Assembly: GCA_001643675.2 (NCBI GenBank)
Contig: LSRY02000004.1
Location: forward strand, 1,054,001 to 1,118,000
From: Monocercomonoides exilis PA203
Lineage: Eukaryota; Protista; Preaxostyla
Direction of reading: 5' to 3'
Length of the DNA stretch: 64,000 nucleotides
Numbering within the stretch: the stretch's first letter is position 1; the number at the start of each line of letters is the position of its first letter. Below, piece by piece: positions 23,601 through 36,096 of this stretch. Under the pieces are notes generated by a model, which saw nothing but the letters and a program-made list of their open reading frames with translations, was not told the origin of the DNA and made no database searches. The position numbers were made by a program, and so were the translations under genes.

Positions 23601-24230
23601 GAGGAGGAGGAAAAAGAGAAAGTGAAGGCACTTGTGATATGAAAGATGGAGTTGTGGAGTGAAATGAGATGTGCTGTGATGAAGTGGCATGAAATGGAAA
23701 TTAAGTGTCTATTGAAGATGGCTGTGTTGTAGTGGGCAGAAGCAAAGGAACTGGTCAAATGGAAGAAGAAGAGGAGGAAGAAGAAGAATAGAAAAATAAT
23801 AATGCATGAGTTATTTTTCTTCGAGCTTTTTAAATAACAACGTTAAAATTATCGCAATTAATCAAATCCACATCAGGCGCAATGATATCACAAAAATCTT
23901 CCATTCATAATCATTATATTTAATACAAAACAACAATCTTTTTGATTCCTTTCATATTTCTTCTCCAGTTTTTCGCAAATTTCTCATTTGTTTTTCAAAC
24001 GCAAAATATATTATTATTATGGTTAAAAAATATCAAAAAATTTCAAAAAATTAAAAAAAAAATAAATTAATAAATATAAACAAATAAAAAAACAGTGAAG
24101 TTTGGGTAATACAGAGATATATTCATGAATTGCAAAATTAGGGAAAAAACAATCATATCAATCTTATCGACAAATGAATAATTTCTCGACCGACAAATTG
24201 CACGCAAAAAATATGTGTCGCAGAGGCCTA
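20671..24230 (+). mobile_element. Non-autonomous hAT (3.56 kb) with host cargo
   Basis: TIR TAGGCCTCTGCGAC...GTCGCAGAGGCCTA. TSD TTTTGTTG/CTTTGTTG (one mismatch). Subterminal CGACAGATC motifs match the 18.1-18.4 kb end of the 9167 element. Confidence 0.92.
22136..23770 (-). pseudogene. Intron-containing host-gene fragment carried by the nested hAT
   Basis: Ser/Gly-rich exon-like blocks separated by AT-rich intron-like gaps (~22380-22550, ~23240-23375). Includes a (CCTTCTCCT)n repeat at ~22686-22745. Confidence 0.5.
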
Positions 24231-27200
24231 CTTTGTTGATTGAGTTTGGAAAAATTGGTTCGAATGTCAGATGTTTTTGTTCTGATGGCTTGAAATCGCA
24301 GGTTCAAGCACTCACAAAATTGTTCCATTCGTTTAACCAGGTTCCAATGGAACACGCTGACAGTCTGTCGTTGTTTAATCATATTTTCGTTCCTTGCTTG
24401 AATCATCTACTGAATTTGATCGTCAGTCATGCATTTCAAGATAATAAATTCTTGAACAATGTGAGAGAAATGCTCGTTAATTTCAGCACCGCGTCGCATA
24501 TAACAGTCAATCGAAAAATATTGGTTCGGAAATGTCCGACTTTTATCCGAACAAGGTGGTTGTGTTTATTTCAAATATGCAATTATATTAGGACAAACAT
24601 CCAAAGGGTTCGTTTGAGCAAGTTACTGAATGAAGAAAACATTAAAGCTGCTGGAATAACAGAACTTTTACTATTTCCGATTAACTATTTGCATCTCCAA
24701 TTCGAAAAAGACTCCACAAAGATATCTTTTGTGTTTCCTATTTTATTGAACGCAATGAGCTTATTCTTCTATTATTCAACATTGAATATATTTCAACAGA
24801 AAGATTGGCACAATGCAATAACAGACATTATCATTCTGCTTTTCAACTACACATTTTCTGGTGAAAGAGGCAGATTTTTTGCCTTTACTTATGCCCTTTC
24901 ACCAATTGGAGCAGGAAAATATCGAAAAGGTTTGTTCACAAATTGCGATATAGTATTTTCTGAAATTTCGAAGCACCAAAGCATTATGAAATTCAATTTA
25001 TCGAATATTCCATCTTCATCAAATGCGATTGAATCATTTGTCAAATCATTTTCATCTTCAAGTTTTTCTCAGCCAACTTCCTCGTCATCAACGATCCCAT
25101 TTCAATTATCTTCAACTCAAAAACATTCTTCTTCTTCTCAGTTATCCTCTCACATTCAACAACAAATGTCTCCACTGCTCATTTCTTGTTCAACTAATAT
25201 TTTATCAAACACAATTTCTTCTCTATCTGCTTCACTGCCGACCTCAATTGCTGCAATTTTTAATCATTTTTATGCACTTTATATCAAAACAGCAATGGAA
25301 AGATTTCGGAATCGATTTAGTTTACACACTCAACAATTGTATTCTTCATTAACATAGATTTGCCTAAGTAAAACAGACTTTGCAAACATTGGAAATTGCT
25401 CAGAAATAATGAAATTTGTTTGTGAAATTATTGATCATATTGAAAAAACCGAAATAGAAATTGCAAAAGAAGATGAAAGCGAAAGTGATGGATATTTTGA
25501 TGAATTTGAATGTGATGTGGAAATAGAAAAATTCGAAAGTGGTGAAATTTTTATTTGTATGATTAGGATAATAAAGAAAACAATTCTGAATCATTTTAAG
25601 AAGATGAAGATAAAGTTTCAACATATCGCATAAAAAATACAACAAGAGCGAAAGATGAAAGGGATATAGTTGGAAACCAAGAAGAAAATGGAACAGATAA
25701 AGAAATCTGTTACAAAAACAAAACAATTAGACGAGAGTGCGAAAGATCATTTGCAAATGAATAAGACATTTTCTGCTTTGGAAACTATTCGTCAAGGAAA
25801 AGAATATTGAAATATGATTCAACAACTGAAAATGAAGCATTGGAGCAAATCAATAAAGCTGCTTTTTTTGATTTGTATTTTCGACTTATTGTCATTTTCG
25901 ACGAAGCAATAAATATCATTTTGCAAAGGATTGGATGATATTCTTATTTCAGGATGTGAAGCTCTCTTTCGAAGAAGTTTTTAATATTCAGGATGATTCT
26001 GTCATTGAGGACGATCCATATTTCTTTGATGAAGATTTGGCTCTGAAAGGGGATATGGAAACTGTTAATTCTTGTTTTGCCTTCCATTTGATTGCATCCC
26101 CTTGGAGAAAAGCCTTATTTGAACGCATGGTTTCAAAGGCAAAAAGAATTGTTGGAGATCGAAGATATTCTCTTTCATTGATTTCTTTTAATAAAAAAAT
26201 GCGTATGTGATTGTTTTTTTTAAAAACAATGTTTCGTTTGTTAACATTTGAAAGTTTTTCATCTCACTCATTCAATTTTTGTAATTTCAGTCAACAAAGC
26301 TACCATTAAATATGAAAGATGTTCTTTTCTATTTATTTTTTCAAAAATTTTGAGGAAAATACGGAATTTCAAACTTTTTTTGCACAAGGCATAAATAAGT
26401 ATTTCACTCATAACTTAATTTCGCTTTCTCAGATTTCAAAATAAATCTGATTTTCATATCCGTAAACAGGAATCACTGATATAACAACATATTGTTTCGT
26501 GTTCTCACACGCATTTCAAAAAATGAACCCATTTAATTCATATTATTTAATCACAAAAGGTTCGTTCACAGTGCAAATTTTTTCAATGAAAAAGCCTGAA
26601 ATTCGATATTTCCCCCCATTTGATTTTGAAAACTTTGTGAAAAACACAAACGTTGTGTGTTGTTGAATTTTGAATTCAGAACAAATTATTGAACTCTTTT
26701 TGCTTGAAAGAAAATAAACAATAAAATCAAAGTTCAAATTACGAAATGAAATTGATAAAGAAATGTTATAAAAAAGAATAAAGATTAAAATATTTTTTGT
26801 CACAGCAGCGAGAAAATAAAAAAACCTTTAAAGTTAAAATGCAGAAAGAAATTGAAGCTAATATCTAAAAATGAAGTTTTGTCAAGAATAAACAATAGTG
26901 AATTTTTAATTTGGAACATTCACATAGAAAGATGTATTCATCTTATTTGAATTTGAAAGAAAATATTTTTAATTATATTGTTAATCAATTATCTAAAAAA
27001 GAATTCAGAATTTAATGATATCAGAAATATAATAACCACTTCAAATTGAAAAAAAACCAAAGTTATATTTTCATAAACAGTTGAATAAGAAAAAGAATGT
27101 TGTCTTAGAAGTGATTCATTTTTTGTTTTTTTTGCCAATAGAATTTTTGTTGATATTACAGTTCAAACAACAAGTTTCACATTTCTTCATTTTTTATTCA

Positions 27201-28048
27201 TTCGGTTGTGTTTTCTTTATAATGACAAATGTTATTTAGTAAAGATCATTTTTTTTTTATTTATCTTTAAAAAATAAACTTGTTCATCAGTTCTTTGTTC
27301 AAAGATTAATAAGAGAAAAAGTTGAAAAGCTTTCACAAATTCACATTTGAATCTATCTTTTTAATACAAAATTTTTATTTATTTGTTCGCTTGGGAAAAT
27401 ATGTGATATGGCAATGAAATGTTTGTTTGCAAACAAAACAAGATTAATAATCAAAATGAAAACAGCGGAAACAAGATCTTAACTTTCAACGAAGAGAAAA
27501 CAGCTATTAATTTCTTGTCTTGATGAAACGATCATAAAAAAAGATTGAATGAATTTCGTTCAGCTTATTCAATTAAAGTGATTAGAAAGGAAATTACCTG
27601 TTAATGTCTTTATGTCAGAAGAGCTTCAGATAAAATAATTAGCTTTTTTTAGAAATAAGTTTAAAAAAATACGAACTTTCCACAACGAATTAATATTCCA
27701 TGAAAATCTTTCAATACAATTTCTGTCTTTGATTGATTTAATAATATTCAAACAATAATGAGTCAATATGCTGATAACATAAACAAACCCAATTAAAATT
27801 GAAAAACAATCACACAGAGAATTTCATAAGTTGATGATGAGAAATTTTCAATTAATGGCAAGGATGAAGCAGATGAAAAACAAACATCACATTCAACATG
27901 AATATTCTTGTATTTTTCTCCAACATATTCATTAATAAAATAACTAAACTTTTAACATTTTATTATGGAAAAATCAGATAAATTCAACGGAAACAACATG
28001 GATGAGTGTGGAAAATTTTTTATTCATATATATTTGATCAAGAAATAC

Positions 28049-28895
28049 ACACCATTTATTATTCAAATTTGGTAAACTTATAATTCGACATTGGTCAACT
28101 AATTGTTCAATATTAATTAACTAATTATTCGATTTTGGTAAACTTTTTATTCGAAATTAATAAAATTGAGTATTTTTTGAAAAAAAATTTTTTGTATTAA
28201 GCCTTCCATTGATTGAGTGTCGAAAAGTGATTAAAATATAATATTTAGTCAATATTCAAAATATTGATGAGAAATTGAACCTCTAATATTATTATTTGTG
28301 AATAGACATGAAATGTTCTGATTTTCAGAAAAAACCATCATCTTTGAAAACTTAAAATTTTCAAATAAATTCATCTCACATTGTTTAACTTTGCATTGTT
28401 CAATCAATATATATATCATTTATATTGTAATTTATACAGATAAGCATATATAAACAAAAAAATCTTTGAATGTTCTTTCAAAATTCTTTTTTGTTTATAA
28501 TAGTTTATCTGTATAAATTACAATATAAATGATATATATATTGATTGAACAATGCAAAGTTAAACAATGTGAGATGAATTTATTTGAAAATTTTAAGTTT
28601 TCAAAGATGATGGTTTTTTCTGAAAATCAGAACATTTCATGTCTATTCACAAATAATAATATTAGAGGTTCAATTTCTCATCAATATTTTGAATATTGAC
28701 TAAATATTATATTTTAATCACTTTTCGACACTCAATCAATGGAAGGCTTAATACAAAAATTTTTTTCAAAAATACTCAATTTTATTAATTTCGAATAAAA
28801 GTTTACCAAAATCGAATAATTAGTTAATTAATATTGAACAATTAGTTGACCAATGTCGAATTATAAGTTTACCAAATTTGAATAATAAATGGTGT
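28049..28895. repeat. ~850-bp palindrome (foldback), copy 1
   Basis: Arms 28049-28443 and 28505-28895 are reverse complements apart from homopolymer length. The 61-nt loop is imperfectly self-complementary. Confidence 0.95.
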
Positions 28896-29149
28896 CTATC
28901 ATTTTTTGAATGAATATCAAAAAATTATTTATTCAAAAGAAAAACAATTCAATAATTTTAATAAATATAAATGTGAAGTGTAACATATTGGGTCCGACTA
29001 TTTTTTACGGAAAAAGCAACTTCCAATGAATGGTTTGCTTTATTTTGTTCTTTGAATGATTAATTGTTGTTAAAAATGAGTGAAAATTATGTTTGAATTG
29101 AGAAAAAAAAAATTAAATTATTAAATTTATATTATTCAATTATCGATCT

Positions 29150-30200
29150 AACATGAAGCTGAAGAGCCATCGCCAGCACCTAAACTGTCACTGTCAGTTT
29201 CTCCACTTGATGAATTTGCATCTTCAATTATGTGGTCCAACTCCGCAAAGTCTGATGTAATATCTTCGATGTCATCTTCTTCTTGTATTTTCAGAGGCTC
29301 GAATTGATAAATCATTCCAATTAATAGAATAAAATCAACTTTGAAAACACTTTTAACGATGAAAGATGACAGAATATCTTGTTGAAACTAATGGTGAAAC
29401 ACTGATTTTTGAAAAAATGATCTCATATGGTGCCACATCCCTTCGACGGTATTAGTACAAGCCCCTGTGATGGAATCTCTAAAGTTTCTTTTGTGTGTCA
29501 CAATTTTGTTTTCATGACATAAATCCGTTAATTCTTTATATAAAACCCACTCATCACTCATAATTGTTGATCCTTGCAAAATGTGACCTTGAATGAAAGG
29601 TAGCAAGTGCTTTCTTTTTCTTGATTTTACAATCCAAATCATTTTTTTCTGAACTGTTCCATCCATTTTCCTCTCAATAACTCCATAAACCCATTGCTGC
29701 CATTTTGAGCGACCTCTTTTGGACTTTCTCCTCCTCAAAATTGCTTCATCGATTTCCACAACGATCCCAGGTCCCCCTAAAATTATTGGATACTCGATCA
29801 AGAAATACGTTATGAGACAAGACAAATACTGTAACATTAACCAACGCTGTTATATGATAAATTCAATAGATTCTTTGTGGTTTTTTTTGGTATCCCAAAG
29901 TAGAAATAAAGAATCAACAGCAGAATCTTCACTAACCCTATTTTGTAATGATTGAAAACTGGTGTTAAAAACAAAGATTTTTTAGATCTGCACTTTTTGC
30001 ATTTCCAATATGATGCATTTCCACCATTTTTGATGCACGAAAAAAATACCCTGTCTTTTCTGCAAAATGGCTTTTTCCCTCGTAAAATCTGTTCGAAAAG
30101 CCAATTCCAAGAATCGTTTTTTGAGAAAAATTGAGATTGAAGCTCAAAAACTTACATAGAAATATATCAAAGATTTCATCCACAACGTAAACAATGATCA
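29150..30200 (-). pseudogene. Merlin (ISXO2-like) transposase remnant
   Basis: N-terminal WKCKKC zinc-ribbon-like motif; LGGPGIVVEIDEA, WVYGVIER, GSTIMSDEW, CTNTVEGMW. Frameshifted on both sides of 29388-29837. Confidence 0.9.
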
Positions 30201-30727
30201 AAACCCATAATTCTAAATTATTTCTATTAAAATCTTTATTGAGAAAACTAAGAAATGAAACACATAAAATTGTTTTATATTAACTTATCAATCAGTTGAA
30301 AATTATTAGGTTCAATTTTATTAAGAAAATTCGGTATCCAATTGTTACATCTTACCAATATAAATATTTCTTTTTCTTGAAAAACTGTGGGACGAAACTG
30401 ACTGACGTGGAGAAGAAATGTTCATGTGACTTAAAGGTTTAACTTCGACCGACACAATCCACTTTAATTTCTCTTGTTACATAGTCCTAACAAAAATAAT
30501 TCTGAATTATGAATTAATTATTTGTCTCTTTATTTTCAAATATTTTTTAATTGATTAATTTTGTAAGTTCAAATAACGGAATATGCTATAAGTTAAAAAA
30601 TCGATGCTCTATATCACTAATAAAACATTCGTGAAGATTATTTCGCAATTTTGTTGAACTTGCATTTATTTTCACTAACAACAACAAATCGAAAATATGT
30701 TAAACCCCATTATAAAGAAATTCTTAA

Positions 30728-33690
30728 ATGATTGATGTAAAAATTCAATTCACCAATTTCAACTCTTTCATATTCCGTTTCAACAATGGCATTAATATAG
30801 ATGAGTTGAAAGGAATTATTGCAAATCTGATGAATGCAAATTGTGAGAGCATTTCCCTTTTATTCATGGGAAAAGTGCTGAAGGATGGATTGTCATTAAA
30901 TAAGCAAGGTTTTCTTGTGCTTTTCGAAAATATATTATTCCTTTTTTAGGTGTTTGTTGTAGGTCATCAATCCTTGTTGTTGAATCGTCATTCAATAATA
31001 CTTCAAATCAATCAGAATTTGAAACAAACCATTGCTCAAATACTTCAGAAATAAAGAAGCTTGCTTCTATTTCATTAATAAGCTCTCACATTCTAAGGTT
31101 ATTGCCCGATTATGAAAAAAAAAGCGTAAATTCTGGTTGCAAAAAGTTACTTGATCTTAGTTTTTATGATGGTTTGTTATTGCTGATTTTTTATTTTTTT
31201 TTTTTTTTGTCTTCTATTTATGTAAAAATTAGAATATTTCATTTCACAAAAATGGAACAAAATGTTTCAGGGATTTGTTAAGCATCAGCTAAAGCGTTCA
31301 AATGAAGGGAATGGAAAAAAAAGATTTGAAGCAGTCCAACTTGAATACCAAAATTTTTCACAGAAATTTGCTGAGAATCTTGAAATCAATCCTCAAATTA
31401 GTTATTCATTGAGTGAAATAAAAAATATTAGCAATGGTATTGAAGTGAAAGCTTCGAAACATTCAAAATATTTTGAAGGATTGCCAAAAAAGCGCTTACA
31501 TACTAATTACATTCATTTCGCTATTAACAAGCTGCAAAGTCGCAGCACTTCAGACGAAAAGATTGAACCTGAAGGTACAGCAAGTTTTCATTGTATTTAA
31601 GTTTCAAAATTTCACCATTTTATTTTAATATTCGTTTGTTTGAATATTTCCAATGTTATTAATTTTCATATGTGAAAATTTCAATCTTAATAGGAAAAAA
31701 ATTTTCTGAATTGCAAACTTTGAAGATTAAAAAAGAAGAATCCAACAAACAACCAAACGAAATCATGAAAAAGAAAAAGGAAATAATTGACTATCCTTTT
31801 GAACAATTATTCAAGCTCACAGAAAAAGAGCATGTTTCCGATCAAAGTACAGCTGAAGGTAATGAACAGCCTTCCATTGTGAAAATGTTGAACAGTCTGA
31901 AATCTCTTCGAAATTCGAGCAAAGATGCGCCAACAGATGATCAGATGCAGATGAAGTCTCGTTACATCACAGCTGACGAGAAATTTTTAGATTTTCCTGG
32001 GCTTTCAATGGGAATGAACAGAAACTCTGATCTATCGGAAAGGATGTTGCACAAGACTCTAACCTCAGATGAAAAGTCTTCAGTGCCAAATCTTGATACG
32101 TTTGATGATGCTGCTGTTCAGCAACGCGTCGAAATGTTGTGGAATCTTTACGAAAAGCCAGAATTAGCAAAGGATTTCTGCCTTTCTGTGTACGGTGAAG
32201 AAGGGTTGAGAAACAATAAAGATGCAGCAGAGCTCATAGCTGGATCAGAAAATGATCCTGTCGTTGTTCAAGCCTATGCAATCATGCAGCTTTATTCGCT
32301 CAGAGAAGAAAACGGACTACCATGGAATCGATATGGAAAGTGGAATGTGAAATTGCACACGAATGGCTTGCGTTATTTGTCAAAAGAAGAAATGGATGCA
32401 ATGGACGATAAGGAGAAAGCACGCAGGGCAAGAAAACGGGTGTTGCCCGAAGGTTATTGTAGAAGAGATCTTACAAAAAGCGAGCTTCAGCAACTGTATG
32501 GAGAATATGTTCCTCTAAAGCGCTTACGGAAGCTTTATGCAATGTGCGACTATCCGCAATACGCAATCGAGATTTTCTCAAGTTCAGCTAGTAAAGTGGA
32601 CAGGGTGAATATTGCAGAAAAGTTTAAGGAAAAGAATAATGTTATAAAACTCCTTCGGAGCCGTCAGAATCCGGACGAGCTGAGAAACGAACTTCAATTA
32701 AAACTTCTTGAAAATGGATTTGTTGCTTTGAACGATCGGGACTTTACAGTGCTGGATAAAATTGACGATGAGGCTGAGCAACAAGAGCTATTAAATAGAA
32801 GCACTGCTCAAACATCTGGCTGTGATATTGCTTCGTCTTCTTCTGTTCCATCATGTGTCCAGCCATCAAATTATTCTGATTCACAAAGTTGGTTTATCAA
32901 TGTCATTCAGAGAGGTTATGATAATCCTGAGGAATTTCCTCGACTTGTGAGTTCAGCTCCTGCTCAATTTACTGGAACTGAGAAAGTGTTTCTTAAGATG
33001 ATGAGTGAAGTGGCGAAGATTCAGCCTATTGTGTTTCGTTCCACATTACTCATCTATTTAATGCGTTCTAAAGGATTTGGTGCATTGCCTTGGAATCGAG
33101 AAGGGGAATGGGATATGAGAGCTGCAACGTCAAGGCTTAGTTTCAGATCGGCGAGTCAGATAAGCAAAATGTCTGATTCCGAGCGAATGTGGCGAACGAA
33201 AGAAAGAGTCCTTCCTCAGCCGTATAGAAGAAGAATGCTGACCAAAGAAGAAAAGAAGAAGCTATATCGTGGATGCGTTCCAAATGCACAGGAAGAGCTT
33301 CTATATTATCAGTATGACTTTCCTCAACACTATGTGAAGCTGTCTTTTTGCCCAGCGTTCTTCATGAATCGTAATGTCGTGCCTGACGAACTATTAAGCC
33401 AGGATGTGGTCTATGAAATGATATTAGCGGAACAAAATCCGATTTTTGTTCGAACTTTTACAAGACAAAGATTAGAGGAAGGAGGATTTCCGCGGCCTGC
33501 TGAAAGAGATTTTTCTGTGATGATTTCTGTTGACGATGAGGCAGAACTCGAAGAGATAAAGAGACGGAAACAGAATGGAGAGCCGCTAACAAAGTGCTTG
33601 TTGCCAACAGATCCTGAGCCTCAATCGGCTAGCTTTACGAAGAGAATTAATGAGCTTTTTTCAAAATCAGGATTATTTGACTTTGATTAA
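30728..33690 (+). CDS. Protein with N-terminal ubiquitin-like domain and two copies of an unknown ~180-aa domain (4 exons, ~913 aa)
   Basis: Exons 30728-30908, 30950-31171, 31233-31574 and 31694-33690 join in frame via GT-AG introns. Ubl-like signature IDELKGIIA...LLFMGKVLKDGLSL..GV. Confidence 0.8.
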
Positions 33691-34435
33691 AAAGGATGAA
33701 TTGTACAATATGACATCAAGTTGTGGCATTGAGTAGTTGAAGCTTGAAGTTGTGGAGAATTGCGGTTTGAGTTATATCCATCAAAGTTCAGGATGCTACA
33801 TTTGAGAATTAACTCTTTGTTATAAGTTTTTGAAAAAGAGCACTTGAAAGCGCATTTTTTTTTTTAATTAGTTGGAAATGTGGGAATAAACAACTATTTG
33901 AAGCTTTTCACACAAAATATTATGCTTCAACATTCCAAATGTGAAATTTTCAAAAATGCTTAGAGTGATTCTCAAGAAAGAGTTAGCATCAAATCATTTT
34001 TCTTTTTCTTTTTCTATTTGACTGGGGCAAGTGGTGTTTGTGGATGATGTTTATTGGTTTTGGCAGAAAGTTGTCTCTTTTCTTTGAATGAATTTATCAA
34101 ATTTTCTGAATCTTGCTAATTTTTGAAATTCTTTGGCATTTATTTTGAAATTTCATCTTTTGATTTCCGTTTTTTGATTTTTTTTATTCAAAATAAGCAT
34201 ATTCAAACTTTTTGGGAAAAATGTTAGCCACAAAATATTTATTCGGTATAAGTTTCATTTCAAGAATTATAATCTTGAATTAACTTTAAAAAGAGAAAGT
34301 TATTGTTCTCAAGTGCTGATTTCCAATGTTTCTGTTGTATTATTAATGGAAAAATAATTTATTACATAATTTTTCAAAAGTTGATGTGAAAATAGCACTC
34401 ATAAGCATGAAGAAAAGAATATCAAAATAAAATCT

Positions 34436-35218
34436 TCATTCTTTACTTAAAGAAATTTGATGCAACAAATGGATGACATTTTTTTGAATCACAGAAAGAG
34501 AATCAATTGCTTCAGATGATGCTTCTCCTATCTTCTGCAAATACAAGTTATAAGAAAAAAAATTGTTACAACAAAATATTGCATATTTTCAACAAACCGC
34601 AATCTGTGTGCTCACAGCATCATTGGATTTATTTGTCTTTTGCTTTATTTTTGCTTGCGATATTTTGATATATTTCTTCCATTTTTCAAAAAAGTACATT
34701 TTTAGCCATTGACTTCTAACATCATTCGCATCGCAACTTCCAATAGTTTTAATATTATCCTCTTCGAATTCTTTGTTTTGAACTTCGTTGGGTTCCACTT
34801 TGCTTTGTCTAAATGTTATTTGAAGCCTTAGGTCTCTGTTTTGGCTTAACAGCATCTGATTTCGTTTGTTTTGATGTTCCAAAGATTCAACTAATGACTT
34901 TTGCGTTGTTCTTGCACCGTCAAGTTCCGATGAGTACTTACGTAGTTCTCGTTCGAAAAACTTCACTTGCTTCTGCAATCCTTCATTTTCATCTCTGAGT
35001 TGTTGATTTTCAAGAGAAATACTTCGTAATGCATATGCTGCTGTAAACATGGCTGGAACAGACGATGGAATAAATTGACTTTGTTCAAGCTTCAATTTCA
35101 TGCTGGATTGTGTGAAACTCGTTTTCAATTTATCCTTCAATTTCTCTTTATTTTCTTGCGAAAACAAGGCAACGCTTCCGCAAAGTCCTTGATATTTGGG
35201 AGTTGATAGACAAGACAT
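34436..35218 (-). CDS. Hypothetical coiled-coil protein (2 exons, ~239 aa)
   Basis: Exons 35218-34598 and 34534-34436 join in phase 0 across a GT-AG intron. Heptad-rich middle region. Confidence 0.65.
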
Positions 35219-35453
35219 TTCAACAAAATGTCATGAAATAAAACTTATATCTCAAGAACACATTCCTAAAGGTTGGGAAATATTGTTATATTTTCTTATG
35301 GGGCACAAACATTTAATTCGGAATATATGTTTTGCTTCATGAATGATGTTCCACACATTGCTTTCAAAGATTATTCTCAACCTTCAAATATTTCAATGTA
35401 ATATTTTACACGAGAATGTCAGAATTATTATTATTCCAAAAAAGAATAAATAT

Positions 35454-35654
35454 GGATGATCCTTTTTGAAATCTTCCTTTCGTTCGAGTTTTGATAAAAA
35501 ATTCAATATCAACGGGATTTTGAAAAATTGATCAAAACTATTAGAACATATTGTTCATGATGTTTTTATTGCAGAAACAAAAAAAAAAAATCCCATTGAA
35601 ATGGAAATTTTGATCAAAACTCGAACGAAATGAAGATTTCAAAAATAATCAGCC
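35454..35654. mobile_element. MITE (201 bp), TSD ATAT
   Basis: Imperfect ~45-bp TIR GG.TGAT..TTTTGAAATCTTC.TTTCGTTCGAGTTTTGAT. ATAT at 35450-35453 and 35655-35658. Confidence 0.88.
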
Positions 35655-36096
35655 ATATGTGACATATTTTTTTGTTTTTTTCAGAAACGCAAAATTTTTG
35701 CTTTTGTGATGAAAATTGATAATAAATATTTCAAAATTGCTCAGAAAGGCAAATTTGATATTGAAATTTTTTGTGTCGTTCATTTTTAATTTGGTATGAG
35801 TTTCCGAAAGTGTTATGTTAGTTGAACAAGAACAGTCCACAATTTTTTAAAGTTATTGAACAACTTTTAAATGGTAGAGGACAATATAAAAATTTTAACA
35901 ATTTCATGCAAAGTGCATTGTTCTTTTCAATTAAATTCGGTTTTGTTCGAAAAATTTATTATTATGAATTATGATTTGATTATCTTAAAATTTGGTGAAG
36001 CAATGCTCTGAATGAAATGATTTTTGATTAGAGCGAAATGAAGTTTAAAAAATGAAAAAAAAAAAATGATTGTTTGTATTCCACTTCCTTATTCTT

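Larger units (their letters stand above)
20070..26210 (+). pseudogene. Second hAT transposase, decayed and split by a nested element
   Basis: IMMESGKIG..VVGVVPL (20526) joins VRCFCSDGL, CLNH and TRW (24240-25357), then LIASP..FERMVSKAKRIVGDRRYSLS. Colinear with the transposase at 15127-17577; contains stops and frameshifts. Confidence 0.88.

Noticed and set aside
28979-30349. Possible TIRs of the second Merlin element (TGTAACATATTGG / CCAATTGTTACA)
   Set aside because: Short and imperfect, with no 8-bp TSD and no typical GG terminus.
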